DNA of 64,000 nucleotides from Ginglymostoma cirratum (GCA_024137785.1 JAHRHZ010000140.1:19267707-19331706); one strand, 5' to 3'; shown: positions 24,186 to 38,446, counted from the stretch's first letter. Numbers and translations: made by a program. The notes: generated from the letters alone by a model not told the origin.

Positions 24186-26463
24186 TAACCACATGGTAAA
24201 TAAATAGTAAAACTAAAACTAATTGTCTCATCAAGCCTGGTTTCATTCTGTCCAATACTACTACTGGCTGGCACCATAACAGTTGTATCAAACTAGCCTG
24301 TTTAGAAGCCAAAGTAAATGTGTTATCTACAATCCTTAGCAAAGGTATAATGCATCATCCATTTTTAAATAATACGTATGCCTTCTTACTCATACAAGAA
24401 TAACTTTTCAGTAGAAAATACCTACCAAGATTCCATATCAGACTTTTCTTATGTAAAAACAGAAAAATGTATTAAGTGTTTAGTTTGCTCTGTATAAAAT
24501 GCTATTCAAAACACTCAATGGAACAAATAAAAATAACTTTTAAATCTATAGTAATACAATGTCAGGGTAGACAAACCTTAGAATCCAGCTGGGTTGAGGC
24601 CCAGGCAATGTAATTTAACATTTCAGCACTGTACTAGATGCAAAGATCAAATTTCTAGACAGTAGTTTCAAAATATAAAATTGCCTACTGTTGACATAAA
24701 ATTCAGCAGTTCAGTCAAAGAAGATTATTTAACATTGAAAAATATTCACGCTAGTTTAATAGCAAATGTGCTTGTGAGGTCACTGTCAATTTTTCACTTA
24801 CTTTACCTCATTATGCTGTGCCATCTGGGTTATACTCCAGGCAAAACGTACACACCCTTTATGTTATGGCTTAATGAAAGGCTTATAAACAATTCCAAAC
24901 TGCAAAACAAAGTATAGTCAAGCACATACCACGTACACTCAAAACCTACAATATCCAACCTATGACAAAGTCTACCAGAGTAAAGTAACAGACTTCAGAA
25001 ACAGAAAGGAAATAGAAGTCGGAGCTTAAGGCGAGGTATCTGAAGTCACCTCCATCAGTGGTGCAGCAATTAACAACAGGGATGTTCAAGGGCACGGAAT
25101 TAGAACAGAGTAGTTTCAGTGTTGTGTTGTTGGTCTTGAACAGGTACAGAGATATGGAGAACAAGGGAGAGCCAAAGTCGCTGAGGGATTTTAAATAAAG
25201 ATGAGAAATTAAAATCAAGGTCTAACAACTGCTTAATTTATATGGTTTGGCAAGATTATTGCAGTTTTATTTTATAACTGGCTGACAGTAAGAGCCTTAA
25301 TAGAGCAAGTGTTTCATTAAATACTGATCAATAATGGCGTGGGGATGGAGAAAGAAGTGGGCACGGAGAAAGGAGTGGGCACGATAGCAGCAACAGAAAG
25401 AAAATAAAAAAGCCATTGTAACTCAGCAGAACAAATATTAATGTAGAAGCAAGAATTGGATGGATCAAAGAAACAAAATCCAGGAAAGCAAAAGAAAAAG
25501 TCTTCCATTTATACGGGCATTGAAGTATTTCTGAAGTGTACACACTTATGATGCAATTAACATGCAGCCAGCTCCGACGAACATTGCAGCCAGATCAATG
25601 GATGGATTTTCCACTAGCCAGATGTTCATTATTCTGGTGTAGATGAGAGTTACACACTAGGACCTTGTGGAATCTCCACAGTAGTGCACTCAGATGGACT
25701 TATCCGGGAAATTGAATTTTCTGCTGGGCAATTCCTCTATCTGAGGTGCCTTCTGAAAGACTCCACTTAAATGGAAGTTTCAGATCGTTCTAATGTAATT
25801 CAATAAAATAATTACACAACAGAAGTTAGACTATTAGTCCAACTCCTAACTCCTAGTCTAACTATTAAACAAACTCATACTTGCTTCATACAACTGATGG
25901 CCCCGACCACAGATTGCCCTGCCCCTGCCAAATCTGATCCAATTTGAAACCCCCACACTCTACACCCACCTTCTCAACCTGACCAAAGTTCCCCACCCTC
26001 TCAACCTACCTAAACGTTGCATCACTCTTGGCCACAACACCTAGATATTGGTCTAATCATCTTCAAAATAGTGCCATAGATATTTCATTTTTTTGCCCAA
26101 GATGGTTTATTTAATAATACATCAAATTTAGTCCTGTATTTAAATGTCAGTACATTGTTTTTTTTCCTGCGTAGAGGTTGTGGAGTGAACCCAGAACCTT
26201 CTGACTCAAATTAGTATGCTACCTGAGTCACAGCTAATGTGGTGCATGTTTTTAAACACATCTGTAATTGTGCAACAAATTTTAAAAGTAAGATTGATAA
26301 GCTACATAAAACAAGTTGCCACACAGAGCTACAATAATAATGACCACAACAAATACCTTACTTTAACATGGGCCATGACAGAAAACAATTATCTGGCAAA
26401 AATGTATTTCCATGGGATAGAGAAGGAATAAAGACAGGGCTGTAGGTGGCAGTGTAAGGCAAT

Positions 26464-26807
26464 TATAGAATCACAGAATCCTAGAATCCCTACAGTGTGG
26501 AAACAGGCCCCTGGGCCCAACAAGTCCACACCAAACCTCACAGCATCGCACCCAGACCCATCCCCCTATGACCCACCTAATATACACCCTCCACCTCCCT
26601 GATCACTACGGGCAATTTAGCATGGCCAATCCACCTAACCTGTACATCTTTGGACTGTGGGAGGAAACCGGAGCACCCGGAGGAAACCCACGCAGACATG
26701 GGGAGAATGTGCAAACCCTACACAGACAGTCGCCCGAGGCTGGAATCAAACCCGGGTCCCTGGCACTGTGAGGCAACAATGCTAACCACTGTGCCACCGT
26801 GCCACCC
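26464..26807 (-). mobile_element. HE1-like SINE, full length
   Basis: Minus strand: gggtggcacggtggcacagtggttagcattg...gacccgggtttgattcc...V-domain...tail. Confidence 0.9.
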
Positions 26808-27649
26808 AAGAACAACATTTAGGGTTCAAAAGTTGAAACTATTTGGATTAGTTAAGGAAAAAAATTGAGTTACATTGCTAAGTATTTAAAATGGACCATC
26901 AAACAGTGAGAACAGAGAGAGAAGTAAATCTGCAAGTACATTTCAAAGAAATCTTAAAATAATGCAGCATATTAGTAAGAGACTTCAATTGCTGTAATCC
27001 GCAGTGGAAAAAAAATGCATAAAAGGCAAGGGTGATAAAGAATTTGTGGACTATGTACAAACAAACTTCCTAATCAAAATGTTTCCAAGTCAACAAGGAG
27101 CAAAGCAGCCCTGGATTTCACCAGCAGAATTAAGTACAGGATGGAAACAATGGGAAATGTAAGTGGGAGTGCAAAGTTTTCAACAAGCTTATACAGGTAA
27201 AAGGAGAGTGAGAGGAACGATAGGATTGATTAGAGATATAAAATGGAAATCTTCTTGTGGAGGTAAAGGGCGTAAATCATTTGAATTTGCTTTCACAAAA
27301 GCTGGAAAACCTAATCTCATTGCACAGTAAGCTTCTGTTCTAACTTGCCCCATTTTAGGTTACGCTGTTGCAACATCGTGGCCATAACAATGCAAGGTAA
27401 GTGCATGTAGAATCATGAGTTCTGTTTTAGCATCATTTTACACCAAGGCCAAAGTAGCATCGCATGGCCCAAATGACACCATTTGAAGCAGGTATTCCTG
27501 TTCCCCCACCCTCTCCAGTTCACTGCGTCCCCATTGCCCTTTCCCCTCCCCCACCTCCAAATCTCCCAATTACCAGTAGTCTCATTCCCTCTCAGTTACA
27601 AACCGTCTCCCAAGACCTTGCTCAGAAGACAAGGAAGTCAAGAGATTTG

Positions 27650-27990
27650 TTTTTCTTTCTTTCATGGGACATTGGTGTCACCAGCAAGGTCAGAACTTAT
27701 TTTTCATCCCTAATTCCTGTTGTTCTGAGTGACTTACATCATCAAATAGATGAAAGTTATGAGTATGTGGATCTATGATAGATAGCAGATATCCGTCCCT
27801 AAAGGATATCAGTGAACCAAAGGATTTATGACCATTGTTAACTATTTCATTTTTTAAAAATTCGAGTTATTCATTGAATTTAAACTTGACTAACTACTGC
27901 GATTGGGTTTCAACCCATTTCCGTACAGCATCTGTCTGGGTTGCTGGATTACTAGTACAGTTACATTACCACCATGTTACCACCTTCCCC
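27650..27990 (-). mobile_element. Second SINE family copy with its 3' tail
   Basis: Head (gggttgaaaccc), body, and tail aattagggatgaaaaataag...cccatgaaagaaag. Confidence 0.6.
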
Positions 27991-28399
27991 AAATGGTAAA
28001 ACTGGAAGAGAGGTATTAATAGGTTGGCACCAGTTAAAATTACTATGTAAACAAGGGCATACAAGATGTACAATGATTCAAAAAGGGTGAGGAATAATTG
28101 CAACAACAATTGCGTTAGAACTACAAGACCATTGAGAAGCATGGATTATTTTAGGAACAATAATCAGAAGCAAAGGTGTTTTATTAATTTGACTGAGCTT
28201 TTTCCGAGCGCAGATACGATAAGGCCATGAAGTAGCTATTGTACATTTGGACTTTCAAAAGCAGTTAATAAAATGCCACATAACAGATATTCTTGGAAAA
28301 TAAAACCAAATGGCACCGAAGGGACAGTAACAATTTGAGATAAGAATGCAGTGGGGGCCCTTAGAAGTCTGTATTAAAACCAAAGATCTTTCACATTAT

Positions 28400-30290
28400 A
28401 TGTAAAAGACATGTACTACCTCACAGAGTTCTTTGACACATTCTCTTCATTGAAGGATGATGTTTTCTCTGTCTCGCAAAAGGGTTCCATCCTTACTCTG
28501 GCTTGAAGCCAAGGGTATGGATCATTTATTACCTCGATAGCACTGAAAAAATCTCGAGCGTGTTGTTGTCAGCAAGGAGTTGCAGCTCCTTAACTTTTTC
28601 AGTCCACCATTGGTTCCTGACTTCCCTAATTATTCATTGTAACTTTGCTTTCTGTTTGGTAATATTGTTCTGAATCATAGAATCCCTAGTGTGTAAGCAG
28701 GCCATTCAGCCCGTCGGGTCCAAATCAACCCGAAGAACATCCACCCAAACCCATCTTCCTACTCTATCCCTGTAACCTGCATTTCCCCTGGCTAACCCAC
28801 CTAAAACTACACATCGTTGGACACTATGGGCAATTTAACATGACCAATCCATCTAACCTACACATCTTTGGACTGCGACAGGAAACCAGAAACGCACGCA
28901 GACACAGGGAGAATGGACAAACTCCACACACAGTCACCCAAGAGTAGAATTGAACCTGGGTCACTGGTGCTAAGAGACACCAGTACTAACCACTAAGCCA
29001 CCATGCCGTTTTGCCAGACACAGAACTTTCCTCTTCTTGCTGATGAGGTCTTGATTCAAAAGGTCATTTTCAAACATTGGTCTTATACCCAATGGTTTCT
29101 TCACAGCAGAAGATGATGGCATTCTTCAAATTTTTTCCAGATTTCATACACTCCATTAACATGAACCCTTCGGAGATTTTGGTGAAGACAGTATTGGAGG
29201 TTGGCTAGTCTGCTCAGCTCTTGAAGTTGCTCAATGAATTTTCTTCCAGAGATGTTTTTCCTTCTTCAGCTGCTTCTGGTGGCACTTGATGGAGATAAAG
29301 GAATGGACAAATTGGTCATCTGTCCAGCAGTTATCTGCACTGATCATTGCTTTGGTCATGGTAATAATTACTTTTAGTCTCAGGGCTGAATGATGACTTG
29401 GTCAATTATGTGCCAGTGTTTTGATTATGAATGTCTTCAAGAAGTCTTGAACTTGTCGGTTTGGTGGAACGGTGTGTTAATGATGATCAGCTGGTATTCC
29501 TCACATTTAGTGAACAGGAGTTGAGTCCTGTCGATCCTGGCGTTGAAGTTTCCAAGGAGGATCATTTTATTTCCCTTGAGCATTTTCGTGTGTATGGTAT
29601 CCAGGGTAGAGTTGAAGCTTTTGTTGGACTAATTTGTGACATCAAGGTTTGGAACACACAGACTTACAACCATTGCTAGCTGGTTCTTGGCAAGTTGCAG
29701 ATGGGGAGTCATGAGGCAATTGCTGATGCCAACAAGGAACTCAGAGTCAACAGACAAATTTGGTCTTGATGACGAATCAGATTCTGCTCATCCTAAGTTG
29801 ATCCTCAGGTTTTCCTCTCCAGAAGGTGTAACCACCATCTTCTTCACTCATTTGCCCTTTTCCTGCTCTTCGAGTCTCCTGCAAGGCTGCAATACCCAGG
29901 CTGAAGTACCCGAGTTCATGGGCAACAAGGGCAGTTCTTCATTGTGGATTATGTTTTGTTCTTCATCTGAGAGAGTTCACACTTTCCAGGTTCCAAGATT
30001 GACATTGATTTTCAGACCACAAGTAGATCAGTCCGCTTTATGCAGTTTTCCAGCCAGGTTGGTGTCTGAAGAGACCATTTTTAGGGCCCTTTTCTAGCCT
30101 TTTCAACATGAGGGGTGAAGAACAGATCCTGAGAGGGCTACTCAGCCATGAAGAAAGCTGTCAAAATACAGTGCCTATTCTAAGAGTTAAACAACTGAGT
30201 CAAACTCCATTGCTCACATGCAGTCAAAAGACGGCGACAGCCATGCATCGTGACCTCGTCCCCATCATTCTTGCCATTTGCCACAGGGCA
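28400..30290 (-). mobile_element. RTE-clade LINE fragment (APE domain and linker), interrupted by HE1 at 28672-29008
   Basis: Minus strand: GTWKV*TL...RTALVAHEL...IAALQETRRAGKGQMSEEDGGYTFWRGKPE, and NQWWTEKVKELQLLADNN, typical of RTE ORF2. Confidence 0.7.
28672..29008 (-). mobile_element. HE1-like SINE
   Basis: Homologous to 26464-26807. Confidence 0.8.
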
Positions 30291-31367
30291 TGTGTATGTG
30301 TTTGAGAGTGGTGTGTGTTATGAGAGAGTGGTGCACGCACTAGTCTTCATGCGTGTCTCACTTCTTTCTGTATGTGTGGGGGTCAGTGTCTGTCATGGCA
30401 AGGAAACCTCGATGACTGGATAGATGTATAAATAAGAAAGATATGGAGGTTTATGGGCCAGCAGTAGGCATGTGGGACTAGTTTAGTTTGGGATTATGCT
30501 CAGCCTGGGCTGGTTGGACTGAAGGGTCTGTTTCAGGCTGCACGACTGTGACTCTATGACTGGAAACCTCCCTACAACTGCAGCTGTCATCTGCTGTTAG
30601 AGCCAATCATATCATATACAAATATCTTCAGACTGGATCGTGGTTTCCAAACTTGTTATGGATTCAGCTTTATCTGGTTCTTTCCCTCCAATCTTACCAC
30701 CATGGATCACCCAAACAAGAATTGATAATTTTTTCTTTCAAAAATATACTTTCTTCATAAAGAATATCTTTGTTGTAGCAGCCCATGACTAAGTTGACAA
30801 GACAGCCACTTGGGATTTTTTGGCGTACACAGGATGGCCAAAAGGAATTGACAGTTATGTACAGCAAATTCTCACAGCTATACTTATAGTCTCGATACAG
30901 GTGTATTAAATAAGACGAGAATCTCCAATGGAAGGAACATTAGAGAAGTTAATCAGGTTTCTGAAACCAGGCAGCTCTACAGTTATAAGCATTTTACTGA
31001 GGAACATTTTTGTAAGGCCTAATTTAGCCACAGTCCCAAGTTTGTTACTTAATAAAAAGTAGAAGGAAAAGTCTGATCCTACAGTATTTCGATCTGTTTA
31101 GGTAACCGTAGAATTAGAAGGGCAAGTGATAAATTAGTGTGAAAAGGTTAGAGGCCCAATGCATCATTAGGGACGATAAAGCAATAAGTGGTGTAAACAC
31201 AACCTTCAAAAAAGCCATTAGCCAGTTTGTAAAAAGAGGTCATGACTGAGAGAGATAAACAATTGAAACTTAAGTGCAGACAAAGATAATCCAAACAAAT
31301 TCTTACATCCAAAGACAGGGTAAAATATCACACAACACCAGGTTATAGTCCAACAGGTTTATTTGAA

Positions 31368-31406
31368 GATACAAGCTTTCAGAGTCTCCCTCCTTCTTCA
31401 GGTCTC
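31368..31406 (-). ncRNA. Hammerhead-like motif with AGCU stem III palindrome (CUU site)
   Basis: Minus strand: gagac CUGAAGA A GGAG-GGAGA-CUCU GAAA GC UU guauc; some pairs are decayed. Confidence 0.5.
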
Positions 31407-33419
31407 AGTGAGAGAGGTGGCATCAGGCAGAGAATTTATCAGCAAAAGATCAAAGGGTCATAGAGATGATGTGATTGCGTTGAACAAACCTGAGATGGCT
31501 GTTAAATCTTTAATCAGTTAGAAAGTATTAATATGCAAATTTCAGAATTTCTTTCAAGTCACTGCTCCAAGATAACTAAAGGTTTAATTAGTTCCCTCAG
31601 CATACCAGAGGTGACATCCTGGGTCAGACCATGCACTTAAGGTGGAGGCCTTGTTTAGGATCTGGCAATGTATTAACTTGGAGTCCGACTGGTTTATTTC
31701 CAAAGTAGGAATTTATAAAATGCCACACTGACTGTCTACCAATTGTGTGGTTTTTGAACAAAATAGAATGCATCTGAATTAAAATTCTGCAAATGCATAT
31801 TCACCCTATAGATTTGTGTGTGTGTGCATGAGACAGAGTTTGTGTGTGAGAGTGTGTGCGCGCACATGTATGGCGTGGTGGGGTCACCTATATCGTGACA
31901 TGAACCCAAGATCCCAGTTGAGCCATTCTCATGGGTACCGAGCTTGGCTATCAGCCTCTGGTCAGAAATTCTGAGTTGTTGTGTATCCCGAAGTCTGCCT
32001 TGGAGGTCGTTTCCCCGAAGATCTGAGGCCGAATGTCCCTGACTGCTGAAATGTTCCCCAACTCGGAGGGAACATTCATGTCTGGTGATTGTTACACGGT
32101 GTCCATTCATCCACTGTCATAGCGTCTGCATGATTTCACCAATATATTATCCCTCAGGGCATCCTTACCTGCAGCATATGAGATAGACAACATTGGCCAA
32201 GTCACATGAGTATCTGCCGTGCATGTGGTGGGCGGTGTTCCCATCTGTGATGCTAGTGTCCATGTCGAAGATCTGACATGTCTTGCAGAGGTAGACATGA
32301 TAGGGTCGTGGTCGACGTTGTTCTGAAGGCTGGGTAGTTTTTTTTGGTGGTTGTTTGAAGGCGAGAAGCGGAGGTGTAGGGGAGATCTTGGCGAGATGCT
32401 AATTGTCATTGATAATGTTTTGAAGGCCGNNNNNNNNNNNNNNNNNNNNNNNNNNNNNNNNNNNNNNNNNNNNNNNNNNNNNNNNNNNNNNNNNNNNNNN
32501 NNNNNNNNNNNNNNNNNNNNNNNNNNNNNNNNNNNNNNNNNNNNNNNNNNNNNNNNNNNNNNNNNNNNNNNNNNNNNNNNNNNNNNNNNNNNNNNNNNNN
32601 NNNNNNNNNNNNNNNNNNNNNNNNNNNNNNNNNNNNNNNNNNNNNNNNNNNNNNNNNNNNNNNNNNNNNNNNNNNNNNNNNNNNNNNNNNNNNNNNNNNN
32701 NNNNNNNNNNNNNNNNNNNNNNNNNNNNNNNNNNNNNNNNNNNNNNNNNNNNNNNNNNNNNNNNNNNNNNNNNNNNNNNNNNNNNNNNNNNNNNNNNNNN
32801 NNNNNNNNNNNNNNNNNNNNNNNNNNNNNCGGCCTTCAAAACATTATCAATGACAATTAGCATCTCGCCAAGATCTTCCCTATGTCTCCACTTCGCGCCT
32901 TCAAACAACCACCAAACCTTAAACTGACCATTGTTTGCAGCAAACTACCCAGCCTTCTGGACAAGATTGACCACAACACTATATAACCCTGTCATGGCTA
33001 CCTCTGCAAGACATGTCAGATCTTCGACATGGATACTATCACCACACATGGGAACACCACCCACCACATGCATGGCAGATACTTATGTGACTCAGCCAAC
33101 ATTGCCTATCTCGTACGCTGCAGGTAAGGATGCCCTGAGGCATGGTATATTGGCAAAACCATGCAGACGCTACGACAATGGATGAATGGACACCGTGTAA
33201 CAATCACCAGACATGAATGTTCCCTCCGAGTGGGGAACACTTCAGTAGTCAAGGACATTAGGCCTCAGATCTTCCGGGAAACGATCCCCAAGACAGGCTT
33301 CGGGATACACAACGATGCAGAGGTGCTAAGCAGAGCTGACAGCCAAGTTCGGTACCCATGAGAACGGCCTCAATCAGGATCTTGGGCTCATGTCGCACTA
33401 CAGGTGACCTCACCCACAC

Positions 33420-33454
<35 letters not shown>

Positions 33455-33543
33455 CCTCTCTCAAGCGCGTACGCACGCGCACACACACTGACTCAGCCTC
33501 TCTTTCTCTCTCTCTCACACACACAAACACACACACACACACA
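33420..33543. repeat. (CA)n/(CT)n microsatellites within the PLE 3' UTR
   Basis: Direct inspection; a shorter (TG)n counterpart lies at 31815-31860 in the other arm. Confidence 0.9.
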
Positions 33544-34869
33544 GATCTATGGGGTGAATATGTATTTGTAGATAGATTCTATTCTGTTCAAAAACCATAC
33601 AATTGTTAGACAGTCACTGTGGCATTTTATAAACTTCTATTTTGGAAATAAAACCAGTCTGACTCCAAGTTAATACATTGCCAGATTCTAAACAAGGCCT
33701 CCACCTAAAATGCATTGCCTGACCAGGATGTCACCTCTGGTATGCTGAGGGAACTAATTAAACCTTTAGTTAACTTGGAGCAGTGACTTGAACAAAATTC
33801 TAAAATTTGCATGTTAATACTTTCTATCTGATTAAAGATTTAACAGCCATCTCAGGTTTTTTCAACACATTCGCATTAGTTCTATGACCCTTTGATCTTT
33901 TGCTGATAAATTCTCTGCCTGATGCCACCTCTCTCACTGAGATCTGAAGGAAGAGGGAGACTCTGAAAGCTTGCATCTTCAAATAAACCTGTTGGACTGT
34001 AACCTGGTGTCGTGTGATTTTTGACCTTGTTCTCCCCAATCCAACGCCGGTACCTCCACATCATTACATCTAAAGATCAAGGGAAGAGCAACAAAGGCAT
34101 ATTACAAAATAAAGAATGAAGATGTGGCTGTCCCCTAGCTGTTTGTGGAATCTGAACAAGCTTTATTTAATGGCTCGGTAGAGTAGTAAAGTGATTGCAT
34201 TTCACCCTCATCAGGGGAGTTCAAACAGATGCTTTTTATTAAGATAATTAATAATGGAAACTGTTCAGAGTGAACATAGTAAAATTTTACTTAAACACGA
34301 AACTTCAGTTTAAAATCCACTTACACATGTAAATAGCAGGAATCGTAAACTGCAGTTCTAAGTCAGAGGGACTGTTTTTTGATCTCTCAGGCTAATGAGA
34401 GAGAGTTGTTCACAATTTTTCAGCTGTATCACAGTTACTTTACATTAGAGCTGATTTCAACCACTTCATAACAATTAGTAGAAATTAACATCCTTAGCCG
34501 AATTCGGAAGCTATTTTAGTGAAAAGCAACTATTTAGGTTATTGGTGAATAATGCATTACAGCTGGCAAATTTCTGGGAAGGAATAAAACTGTCAGATGC
34601 GTTCTGAGATCCCAAAGACAGATACTGGAGTTATCTTGTAAACATCATGAGATTATGGAAGGACGTAGGACTATCCATAGATGGCTGTCCATCATTGATC
34701 GTGTGTTTACTGGATTGAATGTATAGATTAGGGGATTGTGGCTAACAATGATATCAATGTTGCATGTAATTATTCTAACGCAAAGGGTATAAAAATGGTC
34801 TATTTCGCCGGGGAACTCAGAGCTTCATTGCCCTCCAATCTGAGCTGTATATTAAGGCGGCAACTTCGA

Positions 34870-35700
34870 CCCACGTAAAGGCCAGATTTGGAGTGGTCTC
34901 TGGTCTCTCCCACATATGTGGTAATTCAGCTCTGAATGAAGGTCACTCGTACTAAGGAACACAGGATGCAAGGCTCCTCTTTGATACTTCTCCTTACAAC
35001 AATACACAGTCATAAATGGTTTTGTACAGTAGTATATTATGGAAACAAACATTGGAGTTTGGGTTTATCTAAATAAATCAAAGACATATTTTACCCACAC
35101 AAGACTATATTTACATGCATTTGAGGCACTAGGAGGATCTGATAACTGAACAGACCCCCACTTAATTTCAGCCGAAAGACCTCAGACAGAGGTCTTTCCC
35201 CACTGTGCCTCAGTGGCACCTGGTGTGACAGTATTTCTCTCAGGCTCAACAGAACACTCAAGCCATCCACTGTAGCAAAATGACAATCCATAGAAAGGTA
35301 GTCCACTTTACTTAGAGGCTTACTGTGGATCTTGATATTTCGTGTGAAGTGCTGCACAGCGAGAACCGTCTGGTACAGGATATGTTGCCTAAGGTCCATT
35401 TCTTTCATATACCTCTCTGGATGCATAGATGATGGCTTGGAGCTCAGCCTTTAAGTATGTACACAAGTATTATCTGCATACTGCAACTCAATATCAGAAG
35501 TCACAGTTGTCTTGATTTGGGATTGGAAGCAACACAAGTTATACAGTATCCCACTCATCCTGTAGAAAGACCACACTCCACCGAGGGCCTCAATGGATAT
35601 GGGGTAGAATGCTGTGATGAGGAAGATGGAGAAGAGTGTTGGTACAATGAAAGACCACAGTTTCTGTTCGTATTGGATATGTGGTGGATTCATTGGTGAG
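34870..35700 (-). mobile_element. RTE-clade LINE RT fragment
   Basis: IVPTLFSIFL...YRMSGILYNL...KTTVTSDIELQYADNTC matches the RTE-type APTLFSIF...YRTDGKLFN...LQYADD pattern. Confidence 0.7.
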
Positions 35701-37221
35701 AACTACAACATGCATATCAGGATGCAGCAGGCAGAGATAGTGACAAATTTCTGCAGGCAGTCTGCAAGTTTGCTAAACTACTGGTCACTGTCTCTAAATA
35801 ACAGACAGGATAATATCATAAAAAATACAATTTTAGAGTATGATAGTCACATTAATGATGAGGTTCAATGATGCTTCTTCATAAACCTATCAGGCAGATG
35901 AACAATAAGTAAGTTCCTGAATTGTCTTGAAAACTCAAGCAATTGAACACCTGACTGTTAATGTAAATGTTGCAGATCCAAGACCACTGCCTACCTGCCA
36001 TTCATTTTGAATTGCAACATAGATAGGCAAGACTAAATTCCTAAAGAGATCTCTAGGTACACTACCATGCAGGAACCAAGTCCACCACTGTGGGAAAACA
36101 AGAACTTGAATTAGATCTACATGCCTGGATATTAAAGTCTATGGTGTGAGTAGCTACTGACTTTGAAAATAAATCCATCTACTCCAACAAGCAAATAAGC
36201 TGAAACAGTGTGTATAACACATTCATTTTGCATTTTATTCACATAGCAAGCTGGAGGATATTTATTTCAAGAGCATTGATATTCTATTATATAATGTGAA
36301 CTACCTCTATTCCACACCAAGTGGGGTAAACTATCCTTTGAACGGTTTTAAACACACAGAGGTATTAAATTCACTGAACTGCTTCAGTCTTAACTCCTAT
36401 TTTCACCATACATTCATACAACAAATGATAATTTAGCTTCACAACCCCAAATAATAAAGTTAGCTGCCAAATTTGCAGTCTTTACTTTCAGCTATGATTT
36501 CACATGACAAAAAGAAGTCCAGCTATGCCAGATTTACAGCAGTAGATATAGATTAATTGACTCTCGTCATAATGTTTCTTCTGCATCAATGTAGTACTGC
36601 ATTGGAGAATATCATTTTTCCCCAGTCAGGTATTAAGGAATGCAACTTTCATGAGTAAAATTCTCATGTCTCTATATATAAATAACATATATTGACGAGG
36701 ATGTCTTTAATTTTTAAATTGTGAAATTAAATTTTAATTTTTAAATTTTAAATAACATCCTTTAAAGCACTAATTTACAGCATCAAGTAGTTCATATAAT
36801 CAAGACAGAATGTCAATAACCCATTAATTTTAAAGGAATCATATTAGACATTCTGAAGTGAAAACAGCCAAAAATATCTTACTGTCACAACATTATGTCA
36901 GAACTTAATGCTGTGAAATAAAATATCACTGTCCACAGGCAGTTGGGTTGGAAACAGATGTGTTACAAATGATTAGCCAAAGTATTGTGTGTTACAGTTC
37001 CCAATTATATACTCCAGTACATCTAAACAAACTAGATTCTATGCTGTCAAGATGGTCAACTGAAGATAGGTCTTTAAATCACATTTCGCCATGTTGGTGT
37101 CCCCAAGATACAACAGTTTAATAACTCACTTACTATTGTTCATGTTTCATACTGTACAATCTCCAAACATGCAAAATTGCCGAAGTTGGAATAGAAAAAA
37201 AAGCTACTTAATCTGAAATAC

Positions 37222-37403
37222 CTGAACTGTATATTTGTGTAGCTCATCTAGAACAAATTCAACTTCTTTCGACGTGGTAAGAGAGGCAAGATTGCCACTC
37301 AGATTGTAGCAATAAAGTTTTGCGTTATCATAGTTTTCTCGACTTGTGTTGATCCGGAGGCAGACATCTCCAACATGACTCCAACCTTCTCCACAAAGAT
37401 GAG
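37222..37403 (-). CDS. ATRNL1: ATRNL1 exon, 182 nt (C-type lectin, N-terminal part)
   Basis: tttcag|CT CAT CTT TGT...GTT CAG|gtattt; HLCGEGWSHVGDVCLRINTSRENYDNAKLYCYNLSGNLASLTTSKEVEFVLDELHKYTVQ. Confidence 0.95.
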
Positions 37404-38313
37404 CTGAAATTGTAGGAACAAACTCAGTTTTTGGACCTCTTTCAATATCTTGAAATACAGTGACGTAGGGTGAAAAAGCACAAAGAAACTATGAATTTTA
37501 TGACATTTATAAACCTTTTCCATTGTGACTTTTCTCCCCTTCTAGTCTGCCAGTTTGTTCTTAAATCATTTTAGGCAAAATTCAAAAGTCGTCTTCCACG
37601 TAATTTCCCCTCCAACACATCACAAGAAGTCATTAAAATCATAACTTCCTCAAAAATCTGCTAAACTAATTAGATATTGACAGAAGTTGAGTTTAAAATA
37701 AATTAAATATGTAACTCTTTTATTCAACACTTCCACATTTAATTGTTTCGCATAAAAATTACTTCATCATTTTCTAAGGGCAATGCTTTTTTATTTAAAC
37801 TCAAGGAATTAGTTTATTTCTCAAAACATTTTGCATTTTCTAAAGTTAATGAAAGTTTGTATATCTTTAACATGTTGCCTTCTCCACAACTTTTCTGGAA
37901 AGATTACTTTATCATGTGATCATCCACAATTTGAAGTGTGGAAGGATCTGAACTCTGAGGCAGGAAAAGCAAATAAAACCATCAAATCAGACCCAAAAAT
38001 TAGACATGATTAACATCAGCAGGCAGAAAAAAAAGTCATACTTTTCACTTTTTCAAAAGATCTTTAAGTGGTACTGTGGTTGGTAATCATATGTCATATA
38101 TCGCGATGAAGGGGACAACAAATTAACAATAAATTATTACAAAAAATTTTAAGGAGCCGGAAATGATTATTTTATAGGATAAAATTTGAAATAATTAGCA
38201 GAATCGGTTATTTAGCAGCTGATAACACCAACAGCCGTATATTATTGGAATGTCGCAGGTAGAAAATGGTCCTACAGCAAAAATCATATGCTATGGACTG
38301 TTCAGACCTTTAC

Positions 38314-38446
38314 CTGGCAGAGCTTGACATTCTTGGTTCCGCTCATCCCACTGACAGTTAAGCTTCATTGAACAGGTCTTGCAACTTGTAAATTTGCTAC
38401 AAATGTGCATATTCCGTACACGACATTTTGTATTGTTTCTTACAGA
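38314..38446 (-). CDS. ATRNL1: ATRNL1 exon, 133 nt (PSI)
   Basis: cctag|TCT GTA AGA AAC...CTG CCA G|gtaaag; [44 protein letters not shown]. Confidence 0.93.

Larger units (their letters stand above)
31321..34063. mobile_element. About 2.7-kb palindromic PLE insertion (third family): minus arm 31321-32429, gap, plus arm 32830-34063
   Basis: GIY-YIG remnant PCHGYLCKTCQIFDMD...LVRCR.GCPEAWYIGKTMQTLRQWMNGHR on both arms; about 38-nt tail only on the right arm; imperfect TSD ttacatc(c/t)aaaga at 31303 and 34064. Confidence 0.88.

Noticed and set aside
26720-26807. tRNA genes at SINE heads (also 10190-10256, 28940-29008, 41760-41800)
   Set aside because: A/B-box-like motifs continue into SINE bodies and tails; no complete cloverleaf was evident.
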